This document shows, piece by piece, positions 15,797 to 23,755 of a DNA stretch of 64,000 bases. Source of the stretch: a virus. Numbering within the stretch: the first letter of the stretch is position 1; every line of letters begins with the position of its first letter. The notes beneath the pieces are model-generated. The model worked only from the letters and a program-made list of their open reading frames with translations. It had not been told where the DNA came from and ran no database searches. The stretch lies in IMG/VR virus record IMGVR_UViG_3300045988_020586. One strand, 5' to 3'. The translations under genes and the position numbers were made by a program.

Positions 15797-16117
15797 TTAT
15801 TTCTTTAAATTAGCAATCTTTAATCTAATTGACAATAGCTTCTTATTAACATTCTTGTCGTTCTTGATCAATCTCTTTGCCACAGTTATGTATTTAATGA
15901 TCTTTACGACAGGGATTGCAAGTTTTATTCCAATAAGAGAAATAGCTGCCCATAAAGGTAGAATTGCAAAGCATACGTACAATAGTATCGCCCAAAATGC
16001 CAAGTTTAGCATACTTACTGTAACACTTTTAGCATTCATAGCCTTACATACATTATCAAATATCTCCTTTTCATCTGCGTTTAATTCGTTTCTAATCTCA
16101 TATATATCTACTAACAT
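15797..16117 (-). CDS. membrane protein
   Basis: 106 aa with two TM segments (AFWAILLYVCFAILPLWAAISLIGIKLAIPVV). Confidence 0.6.
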   Translation of the reverse strand: MLVDIYEIRNELNADEKEIFDNVCKAMNAKSVTVSMLNLAFWAILLYVCFAILPLWAAISLIGIKLAIPVVKIIKYITVAKRLIKNDKNVNKKLLSIRLKIANLKK

Positions 16118-16134
16118 ATTTTAATCTCCTATTT

Positions 16135-16398
16135 TTAAAATCTCCACCATCTAGTAGTCTCTTTCTTTAATTCATTGAGACACGTCTCATATTTGTCTTT
16201 CCAATAACTAGTGTGCTCTTCCTGGCGTGCCAACTGTCTCTGCAGCAGTGTTATCTGAGCATCTCTAGCTTCTAACGCACTCTCATTATCTATTGACTTA
16301 CTATTCTGTACAAGCTTTTCGTAATCTTTTCTATCTAGAATTACATAATCCCTAAGCTGTCTAATCAATTGAACTAAGTCTAATTCCTTCGTCTCCAT
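16135..16398 (-). CDS. hypothetical coiled-coil protein
   Basis: 87-aa ORF. Confidence 0.6.
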   Translation of the reverse strand: METKELDLVQLIRQLRDYVILDRKDYEKLVQNSKSIDNESALEARDAQITLLQRQLARQEEHTSYWKDKYETCLNELKKETTRWWRF

Positions 16399-16418
16399 AT
16401 ATAATATCCAATAACATT

Positions 16419-16649
16419 TTAGTTGTTTCGGGATAATCCGAGAACATCTTTATCATCTATTCTGCTATCCCCGAACACTTCTTTAAATTTGTAGAACTCT
16501 CCTTTTTCATCAAGCTGCAGCGCTAATTGTAATATCTGTCTCGTTGGTGCTGCTTCCTCTCCTAGATTTTCTAGTTCCTTCAGTAATGTCTGATACGCAT
16601 CCCTCTGTCCTGGATCCATCTTTTCCTGTCTCTTCATCTTCTGTGTCAT
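16419..16649 (-). CDS. hypothetical protein (overlaps upstream ORF by 140 nt)
   Basis: 76-aa ORF with a protein-like sequence (DAYQTLLKELENLGEEAAPTRQILQLALQL). Confidence 0.5.
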   Translation of the reverse strand: MTQKMKRQEKMDPGQRDAYQTLLKELENLGEEAAPTRQILQLALQLDEKGEFYKFKEVFGDSRIDDKDVLGLSRNN

Positions 16650-16848
16650 TTAAAGCGTTTGTACCCATTTTTACTTTCTTTTTGAAGTTGTCATATCTTT
16701 CAATAACTTCATCAGCTGCCACATCCTTATCCTTAGGATCGTTTGGGTTATATAATACTTCTACTGGCCCAAAGCTTTTTAATATCTCTAGAAGCTCTTT
16801 GAAGTCCTCTTCATCTGCTCCGTCATTAAGTACTTGCATTGTTTCCAT
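16510..16848 (-). CDS. hypothetical acidic protein; last ~45 codons overlap the next ORF and look out-of-frame
   Basis: 112-aa ORF. The N-terminal two thirds look protein-like; the tail GKDGSRTEGCVSDITEGTRKSRRGSSTNETD is low-complexity. Confidence 0.5.
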   Translation of the reverse strand: METMQVLNDGADEEDFKELLEILKSFGPVEVLYNPNDPKDKDVAADEVIERYDNFKKKVKMGTNALNDTEDEETGKDGSRTEGCVSDITEGTRKSRRGSSTNETDITISAAA

Positions 16849-16935
16849 CTTTTTGGATTATTTTGTCTGTATTCTTTTATAGCTTTCCCTATAAAGGTAC
16901 ACGCTTCGATAGGCGTGAGTACAATTGGTTTTGGG

Positions 16936-17223
16936 TTAAGCTGCGATCGTCTCATTTGCTTCGTTTAAAGCGTTTACAACTTCAGCTTTGGTAGTCTTTG
17001 TTTTAGACTGCTCAATAAGCTTTTGTACAAGTTCGTCCTTATGAGGATTACCTTTTTGTGCATACATGTGCATAAGGATTGCTGTAGCACTTGCAAACTC
17101 TCTAGAGTTTTTGTCAAGTGTGTCTATAAGTTCCTCAAGTTCTTCAATTGTATATTTTCCTGGCTTATGCAAGAACTTTCCATCTTTGTCGTACAGGTTA
17201 CTATTTTTGCTAATTTTTCCCAT
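16936..17223 (-). CDS. hypothetical protein
   Basis: 95-aa ORF, TAA stop. Confidence 0.65.
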   Translation of the reverse strand: MGKISKNSNLYDKDGKFLHKPGKYTIEELEELIDTLDKNSREFASATAILMHMYAQKGNPHKDELVQKLIEQSKTKTTKAEVVNALNEANETIAA

Positions 17224-17394
17224 TATTACTTACTCCTTTAAGTATTACCCAACCAGCTGTAACAGCTATTATTGGGATGATTAAAAATATAGTTATTATA
17301 TCAAATGGATTCATCATTGTCTGGTTCATAAAACCCTAATCTTCTTCCGTTTTTCTCGGCTCTTTCTATTATTTCCGCAGCTCTTAAAAAGTCT

Positions 17395-17850
17395 TTATCT
17401 TTTGCTATTTTGCTCAGCATGGGCTATGTATTTTGTGCACTCTTCCTCTATAATTTCACCATCGTCGTTACGTGTTAAATGTGTGTATTTCATCTTTGAT
17501 CTGTTGAATTTAAACGCTCTAAACGCCTTATCTCGCTCCTATTTGTCATCATATCTATGGATGTATTTCATCATTTGTGTAGCATTTACAGATCCTGCTA
17601 CCCCAAGATTACATAGGTTTTTAATAAAGCTCATAGCCCCGTCTTCTCCAAACTTATGCTTTAGCATACTATACTCTTTAAGGCTCTTCTAGAACCACTA
17701 ATTGTCTATATCGTATACTGGATCTTGCTCAACAATATATGCTATATTTATTGGCACACCGTGCACAAAGAAGTATTTGCACTACTATGTACAAGGTTTA
17801 TTTTGATATTGTAGAGATAAGAAGTCAGCGTAATATAGTACGGCGCTCAT
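17395..17850 (-). CDS. hypothetical 151-aa protein, readable only if TAG is a sense codon (5 in-frame TAG)
   Basis: ATG at 17850, TAA at 17395-17397, with no TAA or TGA in 151 codons of AT-rich sequence. Tandem TAG-TAG at 17782-17787. Sequence is protein-like (…FFVHGVPINIAYIVEQDPVYDIDN-Q-WF-Q-KSLKEYSMLKHKFGEDGAMSF…). Confidence 0.6.
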
Positions 17851-17861
17851 CTCAAACTAAT

Positions 17862-18257
17862 TCATACTTTACTTGCTGTTTTGTTTACACACTCTGTAAA
17901 GTATCCAATCAAGTATGCGAATACCTCGTTAGTATCTTCAGAGAGATTTATATGACACGATTCTAGTATATCTACAGCCGCATGAAATGACTCGTGAGCA
18001 AACGTGTTTACATCATTATAATCATTCCAGATCTTGTTTACTACTATGATTTCGCAATCTTCGTCCGTTGATTTATCATATGCTCCATTTACTGTATAAG
18101 CCGTATATTTAGAATATTCACCATCGCATATAGATGATTCATCTTGTCTAAATGCAAATCTTTTATCTATTACAGACTTATCTGGGTTAACTATAACGAA
18201 TAAACTAAACCCATATACTGTATTGTATTCGTCTATTATACACTTCTTTTTATCCAT
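17862..18257 (-). CDS. putative zinc metallopeptidase-like protein (HExxH)
   Basis: 131 aa with FAHESFHAAVDIL. First gene of the minus-strand module. Confidence 0.65.
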   Translation of the reverse strand: MDKKKCIIDEYNTVYGFSLFVIVNPDKSVIDKRFAFRQDESSICDGEYSKYTAYTVNGAYDKSTDEDCEIIVVNKIWNDYNDVNTFAHESFHAAVDILESCHINLSEDTNEVFAYLIGYFTECVNKTASKV

Positions 18258-18304
18258 ACTATTCTTATTAGTCTTACTATTATTGTTAAGCTTATATATA
18301 GCTC

Positions 18305-18358
18305 TACTATACTGTAATAGCTTATTATACTATATAGTCTTACTATACTGTAATAGCT
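18305..18358. repeat. two perfect 18-nt direct repeats TACTATACTGTAATAGCT in the divergent control region
   Basis: Copies at 18305-18322 and 18341-18358. The related CT(T)ACTAT occurs near 18273 and 18424. Confidence 0.7.
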
Positions 18359-18560
18359 GTACTACTAAAGTAGATCTCCTAAAGAGAATATATAAGAGAA
18401 AGGGTTCTTAGTCTGACTAACCCCTACTATCCCCCTAACGCAAAAAAGCTAAAAAAGTTGCATATTGAATAGAAAAGTGCAATTTATATAAAATTTTTAT
18501 GCAGTTTGCAACCATTCTTACAAAAGTTTACGTTATGACGGCGTAAAACAATTAAATTTA

Positions 18561-18986
18561 ATGGATATGACAAAGATTTTAAAGGTTATTAAGCCTTTCT
18601 TCGTAATGGAGGTTGGCGATACATTTGAGTACAACGACAAAACAAAGGAGTACAAGAGTGTATATAACGAAGAGCATAATAGTTCAAACGAAGAGAATTC
18701 TACAGTTGTTTCCTCATACAATTCAGTTTACACTATTTCTGAAGACTACGCAAAGATGCTGGTTGAAAACGGTTATCTTGAAGAGGTTATGCAAAACACA
18801 AACAATGACAAGCAGTTTGTTAACATATTTGATGAGATTGAACATTTGCTTATTCAGTATAATACTGATTTGAATATTCTCTTAAACTCTGATGACGATA
18901 CACCTCAGTGTTTGAAAGTCGAGAAAGAGACAGTTCTTCGCAATATGATCAAATTACTCAAACACCTTAAGTCGTTGAAAAAGTAA
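18561..18986 (+). CDS. hypothetical protein
   Basis: 141-aa intact ORF with no TAG. First gene of the plus-strand module. Confidence 0.7.
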   Translation: MDMTKILKVIKPFFVMEVGDTFEYNDKTKEYKSVYNEEHNSSNEENSTVVSSYNSVYTISEDYAKMLVENGYLEEVMQNTNNDKQFVNIFDEIEHLLIQYNTDLNILLNSDDDTPQCLKVEKETVLRNMIKLLKHLKSLKK

Positions 18987-18987
18987 T

Positions 18988-19419
18988 ATGGAAGAAGAGA
19001 AGATGATAGATCAGACTCAGCTGGCAGAGGACTTAAGCTCAAAGATAAAGTATGAGTTTAGACAGATGTTCTTGGTAAAGCCGCTTGAGCCTGTTAAAGT
19101 TAAAAAGAAGATCTCCGAACCTGTGGCTAAGGACACTAAGCCAAAGAAGGATAAGGATGGGATCGAAGCAGTTGATTACGATGATGTAAAGACAGAGATT
19201 AAGGAAGTTGATTCAGATTTCTCTAGAGCTGTTGTGCTTAAGTTGCCATATGAGTATACACACCCATACGACGATGAAAAGATTCAGCAGATGCCTATCA
19301 AGGTTGGTGATATTGTTATATACAGATCTGCTAGAGGAGCTATGTATTTCGACTTACTTAAAGATTCTCAACTTGTATCTCTTTACGATATTGTAGCAAC
19401 GGAGACAGTAGAGAAGTAA
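18988..19419 (+). CDS. hypothetical protein; C-terminal part faintly GroES/co-chaperonin-like
   Basis: 143 aa. IKVGDIVIYRSARGAMYFDLLKDSQLVSLYDIVA resembles the GroES C-terminal pattern (by eye only). Confidence 0.65.
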   Translation: MEEEKMIDQTQLAEDLSSKIKYEFRQMFLVKPLEPVKVKKKISEPVAKDTKPKKDKDGIEAVDYDDVKTEIKEVDSDFSRAVVLKLPYEYTHPYDDEKIQQMPIKVGDIVIYRSARGAMYFDLLKDSQLVSLYDIVATETVEK

Positions 19420-19649
19420 TGAATATAGATAAAGTTTGTAGATAGATCGGACGACAATTAAACGAAGATCCAGAACTAGTAAAGCAAATAGTAATGCATT
19501 AGTTCTAGTTTGTAGTTGATGTTATGAAAGATCCAGATGACACTAGAGATGTGTTAATAAACAAACTATTTAGATTCAAGCTTAAGAATAGATTTAAAGA
19601 TAATAAGAATAAACCATTAAGTCCATATGAAGAAGATAATAAACATTGA
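19419..19649 (+). CDS. small protein with 3 in-frame TAG
   Basis: TAATG overlap with the upstream gene. MNIDKVCR-Q-IGRQLNEDPELVKQIVMH-Q-F-Q-FVVDVMKDPDDTRDVLINKLFRFKLKNRF..., TGA stop at 19647-19649. In the standard code only a 41-aa C-terminal fragment is open. Confidence 0.5.
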
Positions 19650-20001
19650 TCGTAAGCCGATTATGGTTGACACAGAGACGGCTTTTGTAACATCGATAGA
19701 TAGATCTACAAGAGGAATTGATGATGTATACGTTATCCCAGAAGATGCTCATATCGAATGGAGATCAAGAATGTTCCCAGACAAAACAATTGAGGCGGAT
19801 GTAAAGAAAGATGATATTCTTGTCACATTCTACGATAAGGATCTCGGTACAGATTTTGTAATAATCAAGTCTGCTGATTGGTTAAACGCTCTTAATAATG
19901 CAGCAGATGCTGATCAGAAGAGAAAGGAAGAGTGGGCAGCTAAACAGAAAAGCTCAAATTCTGAAGCTCTTGATTGTGGAGATAATTGTAGACCATGTTA
20001 A
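19627..20001 (+). CDS. hypothetical protein
   Basis: 124-aa ORF, no TAG. Confidence 0.65.
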   Translation: MKKIINIDRKPIMVDTETAFVTSIDRSTRGIDDVYVIPEDAHIEWRSRMFPDKTIEADVKKDDILVTFYDKDLGTDFVIIKSADWLNALNNAADADQKRKEEWAAKQKSSNSEALDCGDNCRPC

Positions 20002-20011
20002 TATTTAAGTT

Positions 20012-20335
20012 ATGAAGAAAGTTGTTAAAAAGACAGTTAAGGTAGCAAAGCCAAAGTACACAATTTCTATGATTGATGCAGCTAATGTAAGTGATATTAC
20101 AGCATACTTTATTGGCCAGAAGATTTTAAATGGCATGAAGCTCACTGATTCAGATATCAGTACAATCGTATCAATTGTTACAGATATTGTACTTGAGGAT
20201 CTTATGCCAGAGGATTGTGCAGCAATTGTAAACGATAATGGCACATACAGAAAGTGTACTGCTATTAGAGTTGAGAACAAGGTTAAGAAGCCTTGGTACA
20301 AGCGAGTATGGAATTGGATTACTCGTACTAAGTAA
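20012..20335 (+). CDS. hypothetical protein
   Basis: 107-aa ORF, no TAG. Confidence 0.65.
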   Translation: MKKVVKKTVKVAKPKYTISMIDAANVSDITAYFIGQKILNGMKLTDSDISTIVSIVTDIVLEDLMPEDCAAIVNDNGTYRKCTAIRVENKVKKPWYKRVWNWITRTK

Positions 20336-20345
20336 TCACCTTTAG

Positions 20346-20419
20346 AGTCTATTAGTCAAACGGTAAAGACAGCCCGATATAAAGGGAATAGTTAGCAGGT
20401 TCGACTCCTGCATAGACTC
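20346..20419 (+). tRNA. tRNA-like gene with aberrant anticodon arm (isotype undetermined)
   Basis: Perfect acceptor AGTCTAT/ATAGACT (an extra G-C pair is possible at -1/73), D-arm GTC-AAACGGTAA-GAC, T-arm GCAGG-TTCGACT-CCTGC. The anticodon region GCCCGATATAAAGGGAA pairs only CCC/GGG, leaving an 8-nt loop. Confidence 0.5.
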
Positions 20420-20476
20420 CGACTTTTTGAATTCATTTGTTATCATATAAAAAGAATTTAAGATTTATTTGAAATA

Positions 20477-20795
20477 GATTACGCCCGATTTTGTAATCTC
20501 GACCAGTTTGCTGGAATTAGTCGTTAAATATAGTAAACCAGCCGGTATTGCACCAGATGCCGTTATTTGTCTGGCGAAGACAAAGACACGAAGGAGGTCC
20601 AGCTTATTGGTGAGGCTAAACCAATCCCTTCCTGGTAGGGGTTAGATACCATTTGAGTGGCATCCCTGTGTGTACACTATAAATAAAAGGCTTCCATTGT
20701 AAGCTGACACAGGGACCCAATACTGGTTCTGCGTAACTCCAGCTAAAGGTTACGTGCTTATATCGAATGGGGTGCAGGTGGCAATACCTCATTAG
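20477..20795 (+). ncRNA. ~320-nt GC-richer structured element between two tRNA genes (class unknown, strand assumed)
   Basis: No ORF. Helices GATTAC/GTAATC, CCAG-TTTG-CTGG, ATTGG/CCAAT, and long-range CCCTGTGT/ACACAGGG. Flanked by AT-rich direct repeats 20442-20460 and 20804-20821. Confidence 0.35.
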
Positions 20796-20885
20796 ATATT
20801 TTCATCATAAAAATGAATTTATTTTAATAGGTCGCATGAGTTTTGCGAAATAGTTTTGTGTGTTTCTATAAAAAATACACAATAT

Positions 20886-20956
20886 CGCGGGATGGTGAAA
20901 TGGTATCACGTGTGGCTCATAACCATAGATTGCTAGTTCGACTCTAGCTCCCGCAA
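20886..20956 (+). tRNA. tRNA-Met-like (anticodon CAU), C1-A72 mismatch
   Basis: Acceptor CGCGGGA/TCCCGCA with an unpaired first position as in bacterial initiator tRNA. Anticodon arm TGTGG-CTCATAA-CCATA (CAT at 20918-20920). T-arm GCTAG-TTCGACT-CTAGC. Confidence 0.8.
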
Positions 20957-21174
20957 CACTGAGCTTCGATTGTGTGGTGTTCTACATATTTGGCCACCAG
21001 GAGCGAAATTGATATCAGAAAAATATGTCGGCTACAATGGTTTAAAGTGTAGCAATGTAGTTTTAGGCAGATAAAAAGCTCGGTAGCCTAAGGTGAGCTT
21101 CTACAATATTGCCCATTCGCGTACCAGCTAGCGCACCGGGCTCTTTTGTCCAATGAATAATTGAATATATAATA

Positions 21175-22077
21175 ATGGAAAATAAAATATATAAACTCTC
21201 AGACGAACAGTTTGTTGAGTTACTCAAGAAAAGTTCAACAATATCTGAAGTGTTGTTTAAACTTGGTTATACAGTTAAAGGAAACTCTTGGGGATATTCC
21301 CAAGTAAAAAGAAGAATGGATGATCTGAATTTAGACTATTCTATATTCAAAGGCAAATCAGCTGTTATAAAAACAACCAAGTTAAACAATGTAAAGAAGG
21401 AAGATATACTAAAGAAAAATTGTAGGCATCAGCGTACAGTACTAAGGAGATACGTTATTAAAAATAATTTAATCCCATACAAATGCGCGATATGCGGATG
21501 CACCGAATGGCAAGGAAAAACATTAAGCTTGGAACTTGATCATATAAATGGTGTAAACAATGACAATAGATTAGAAAACCTTAGGTTTTTATGCCCTAAT
21601 TGTCATAGTCAAACTTCAACGTATGGAAGCAGAAATCAGCAACTTAATAGTTCTGAATATGATATCCCAGACGATTTAAGAAAGATGGTTGAAGAGAAGT
21701 ATGATGAAGTTAAAAGTGTTAAAAGAGTATCATCAATACTTGGAATACGAAGATGCGTTGTTACAAAAATAGTTAATGAATCAGGTCAAAAACATTCTAA
21801 TCAAAAGTATATAATAAGGTACGATAAAGATTGGAATGAGCTCGCAAGATACGGTTCTCTCGTAGAAGCTGCCAAAGCTTTAATAGAAGCTAATGAAGTT
21901 AAAACAAAGCGAGTAAAGACTTGTACTAGAACTATAATGTACAATAAAGATAATTTTTGGTTGAACAGTCATTGGAAAATATTGGATGGTAGCGGGATAA
22001 TAAATAATCCGCTATTAGAACCTTCTCTAATTGACTCGGAAGACACTGTTGACGAGGCGCAAGCGAAAGCAGCGTGA
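21175..22077 (+). CDS. HNH homing endonuclease with C-terminal NUMOD/IENR-like DNA-binding region
   Basis: 300 aa with LELDHINGVNNDNRLENLRFLCPNCH. No in-frame TAG. The 3' end overlaps a group I core. Confidence 0.85.
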   Translation: MENKIYKLSDEQFVELLKKSSTISEVLFKLGYTVKGNSWGYSQVKRRMDDLNLDYSIFKGKSAVIKTTKLNNVKKEDILKKNCRHQRTVLRRYVIKNNLIPYKCAICGCTEWQGKTLSLELDHINGVNNDNRLENLRFLCPNCHSQTSTYGSRNQQLNSSEYDIPDDLRKMVEEKYDEVKSVKRVSSILGIRRCVVTKIVNESGQKHSNQKYIIRYDKDWNELARYGSLVEAAKALIEANEVKTKRVKTCTRTIMYNKDNFWLNSHWKILDGSGIINNPLLEPSLIDSEDTVDEAQAKAA

Positions 22078-22190
22078 CAGACTAAACGAGAAGGCTGACC
22101 TTAGGGTTGGATGCAATAGTCGAGCTAATGAACCCCGGGGGAGTGGGGGCAGCACCTACATGGGCGACAATAATTAAACAATATTATAAA
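22017..22190 (+). mobile_element. group I intron catalytic-core-like segment (host exons not identified)
   Basis: P3 candidate CCTTCTC 22021-22027 / GAGAAGG 22088-22094. P7 candidate CAGACTA 22078-22084 and TAGTCG 22117-22122. P8-like CTGACC-TTAG-GGTTGG. The string CAGACTAAA...ATAGTCG resembles the canonical Tetrahymena core. Confidence 0.45.
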
Positions 22191-22194
22191 TACT

Positions 22195-22446
22195 ATGGAG
22201 TTAAAATTTAAGAGACTTGAGGACGAAGCGGTCCTCCCTATTCGTAGCACAGAAGGTGCTGCAGGAATTGATTTGACATGCATTAAGATTGATACAGCTC
22301 TTAATGAAGCAAATCAGCTAATGTTGGTTTACCATACAGGATTGGCAGTTGAGATTCCTGCCGGATATGTTGGTTTACTTATACCACGCTCTAGTATTTG
22401 GAAGAAATCATTATGGCTTACTGATAATGTTGGAGTGATTGACGCT
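22195..22446 (+). CDS. dut: dUTPase, exon 1
   Basis: Motif I AGIDL, motif II IPRSS, and the first half of motif III GVIDA. The standard-code ORF then runs into the intron and stops at 22467. Confidence 0.8.
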
Positions 22447-23375
22447 AGAATATTGATACGTTATTGAGTATCAATGCAACCAACTCTATTCGCATATCGT
22501 TATGATGATATAACTAAACACAAAATATCATGATAACAAAAATTTGCAAACAATGTGGTAAGGAATTTGATGTACCAGAATACAGAAAGGATGCTAAATA
22601 CTGCTGTGACGAATGTAAACACAAAGCACTGCATGGAGATTTAAATTGTGAGTGTGAGGTTTGTGGCAAGAAATTCCACTTAAAACCATACGCTCTTAAA
22701 AAGAGTAAACATCATACATGTAGCCGCGAGTGTTTAAACAAACTTAAAAGTACATTATATAAAGGTGAAGGAAATCATCAATATGGTCTAAAAGGCGATA
22801 AGAATTCATCTTTCAAAGGAAACGTAATCCTGCGTAAGAACAATGGACTAATCGAGAGAATGATCTACAATCCTAGACACCCATACGCTGATCGTAATGG
22901 TAGGATTAAGGAACACAGATTAATAGTTGAGCAGAATTACAAAATGTTTGACGATAAATACTTTGAAGTTATAAACGGAGAGCATTATTTAAAGAAGAAT
23001 GTAGATGTACATCACATTAACTTTAATCATAACGATAATAGAATAGAAAACCTAATTCCCTTGACTAGAGCGGAACATACAAAGCTTCATAACCAAAATG
23101 AAGTTATATACAGAAATGAGAAGGGAATGATAATTGGTGTCTTAAAACAGGGTGAATTGCTGGAAAAGCCTGAAGAGGTCAATCAGCAGCCAAGCTTGGG
23201 TAGTGATACCCTTGAAGGTTCAGAGACTAACAGCCGAGTCTTACGAGACAGTAATGCTGACACGAGTGCCCTGCCCGGAAACGGTGAAGATATAGTCCGA
23301 TCTACTGATAACAAAATAAACAGTAGAAATATAGAGATAAAGAGCTCTATAGATTAACAACTCCTAATTTTGTTG
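22447..23375 (+). mobile_element. group I intron in dUTPase gene (junctions +/- a few nt)
   Basis: Splits motif III GVIDA|DYRGEI. Exon 1 ends in T and the intron ends in G. Core strings CAGAGACTA 23221-23229 and GATATAGTCC 23289-23298; GNRA hairpin CCG-GAAA-CGG. Contains an HNH ORF. Confidence 0.7.
22530..23357 (+). CDS. intron-encoded HNH homing endonuclease
   Basis: 275 aa. Cys-rich N-terminus and VHHINFNHNDNRIENLIPLTRAEHTKLH. No in-frame TAG. Confidence 0.85.
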   Translation: MITKICKQCGKEFDVPEYRKDAKYCCDECKHKALHGDLNCECEVCGKKFHLKPYALKKSKHHTCSRECLNKLKSTLYKGEGNHQYGLKGDKNSSFKGNVILRKNNGLIERMIYNPRHPYADRNGRIKEHRLIVEQNYKMFDDKYFEVINGEHYLKKNVDVHHINFNHNDNRIENLIPLTRAEHTKLHNQNEVIYRNEKGMIIGVLKQGELLEKPEEVNQQPSLGSDTLEGSETNSRVLRDSNADTSALPGNGEDIVRSTDNKINSRNIEIKSSID

Positions 23376-23669
23376 GATTATAGAGGAGAGATTATAGCTA
23401 TAATGAAAGCCACAACAGATGTGGTTCCTGCTATTTATAAGCAGGGCGAGCGCTTCTGTCAGTTGGTCATAGTTCCGGTGCCAGAATACGAGGTTACAGA
23501 AGTGTCTGAGCTTTCTGATACAAAACGAGGCGAGAATGGCTTTGGTTCAACTGGTACCGATAATAAGGAAGTTAGCGCAGCTGCGGGAACTGAGGCACAG
23601 GCTAGCGAACAGCCACAGTCCGTACCAGAGCAAGCGGCGGCACAAGATGGTGCTGAGGTAGGTGAGTGA
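23376..23669 (+). CDS. dut: dUTPase, exon 2
   Basis: DYRGEI (motif III), GERFCQLV (motif IV), RGENGFGSTG (motif V), then an Ala/Gln/Glu-rich tail; TGA stop. Confidence 0.8.
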   Translation, partial: DYRGEIIAIMKATTDVVPAIYKQGERFCQLVIVPVPEYEVTEVSELSDTKRGENGFGSTGTDNKEVSAAAGTEAQASEQPQSVPEQAAAQDGAEVGE

Positions 23670-23755
23670 CAAGCTTGACGATCCTACATAAAGGGGATTA
23701 CCGAAAGGTAGTTCCCTTTTACTGTTTATATATAAACAATATAGTATTAAATAAT

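Noticed and set aside
17402-17692. 96-aa plus-strand ORF.
   Set aside because: Antisense to the better-supported TAG-containing minus-strand gene 17395-17850; its translation is low complexity.
18223-18411. 62-aa ORF in the divergent control region.
   Set aside because: Its sequence (…LLYCNSLLYYIVLLYCNS…) is just the translation of the 18-nt direct repeats, and it has no start context.
20590-20640. GGCTAAA loop (ATTGG-TGAGGCTAAA-CCAAT) as the anticodon arm of a CUA suppressor tRNA.
   Set aside because: The loop is 10 nt and no surrounding cloverleaf can be folded. No tRNA in the window carries a CUA anticodon.
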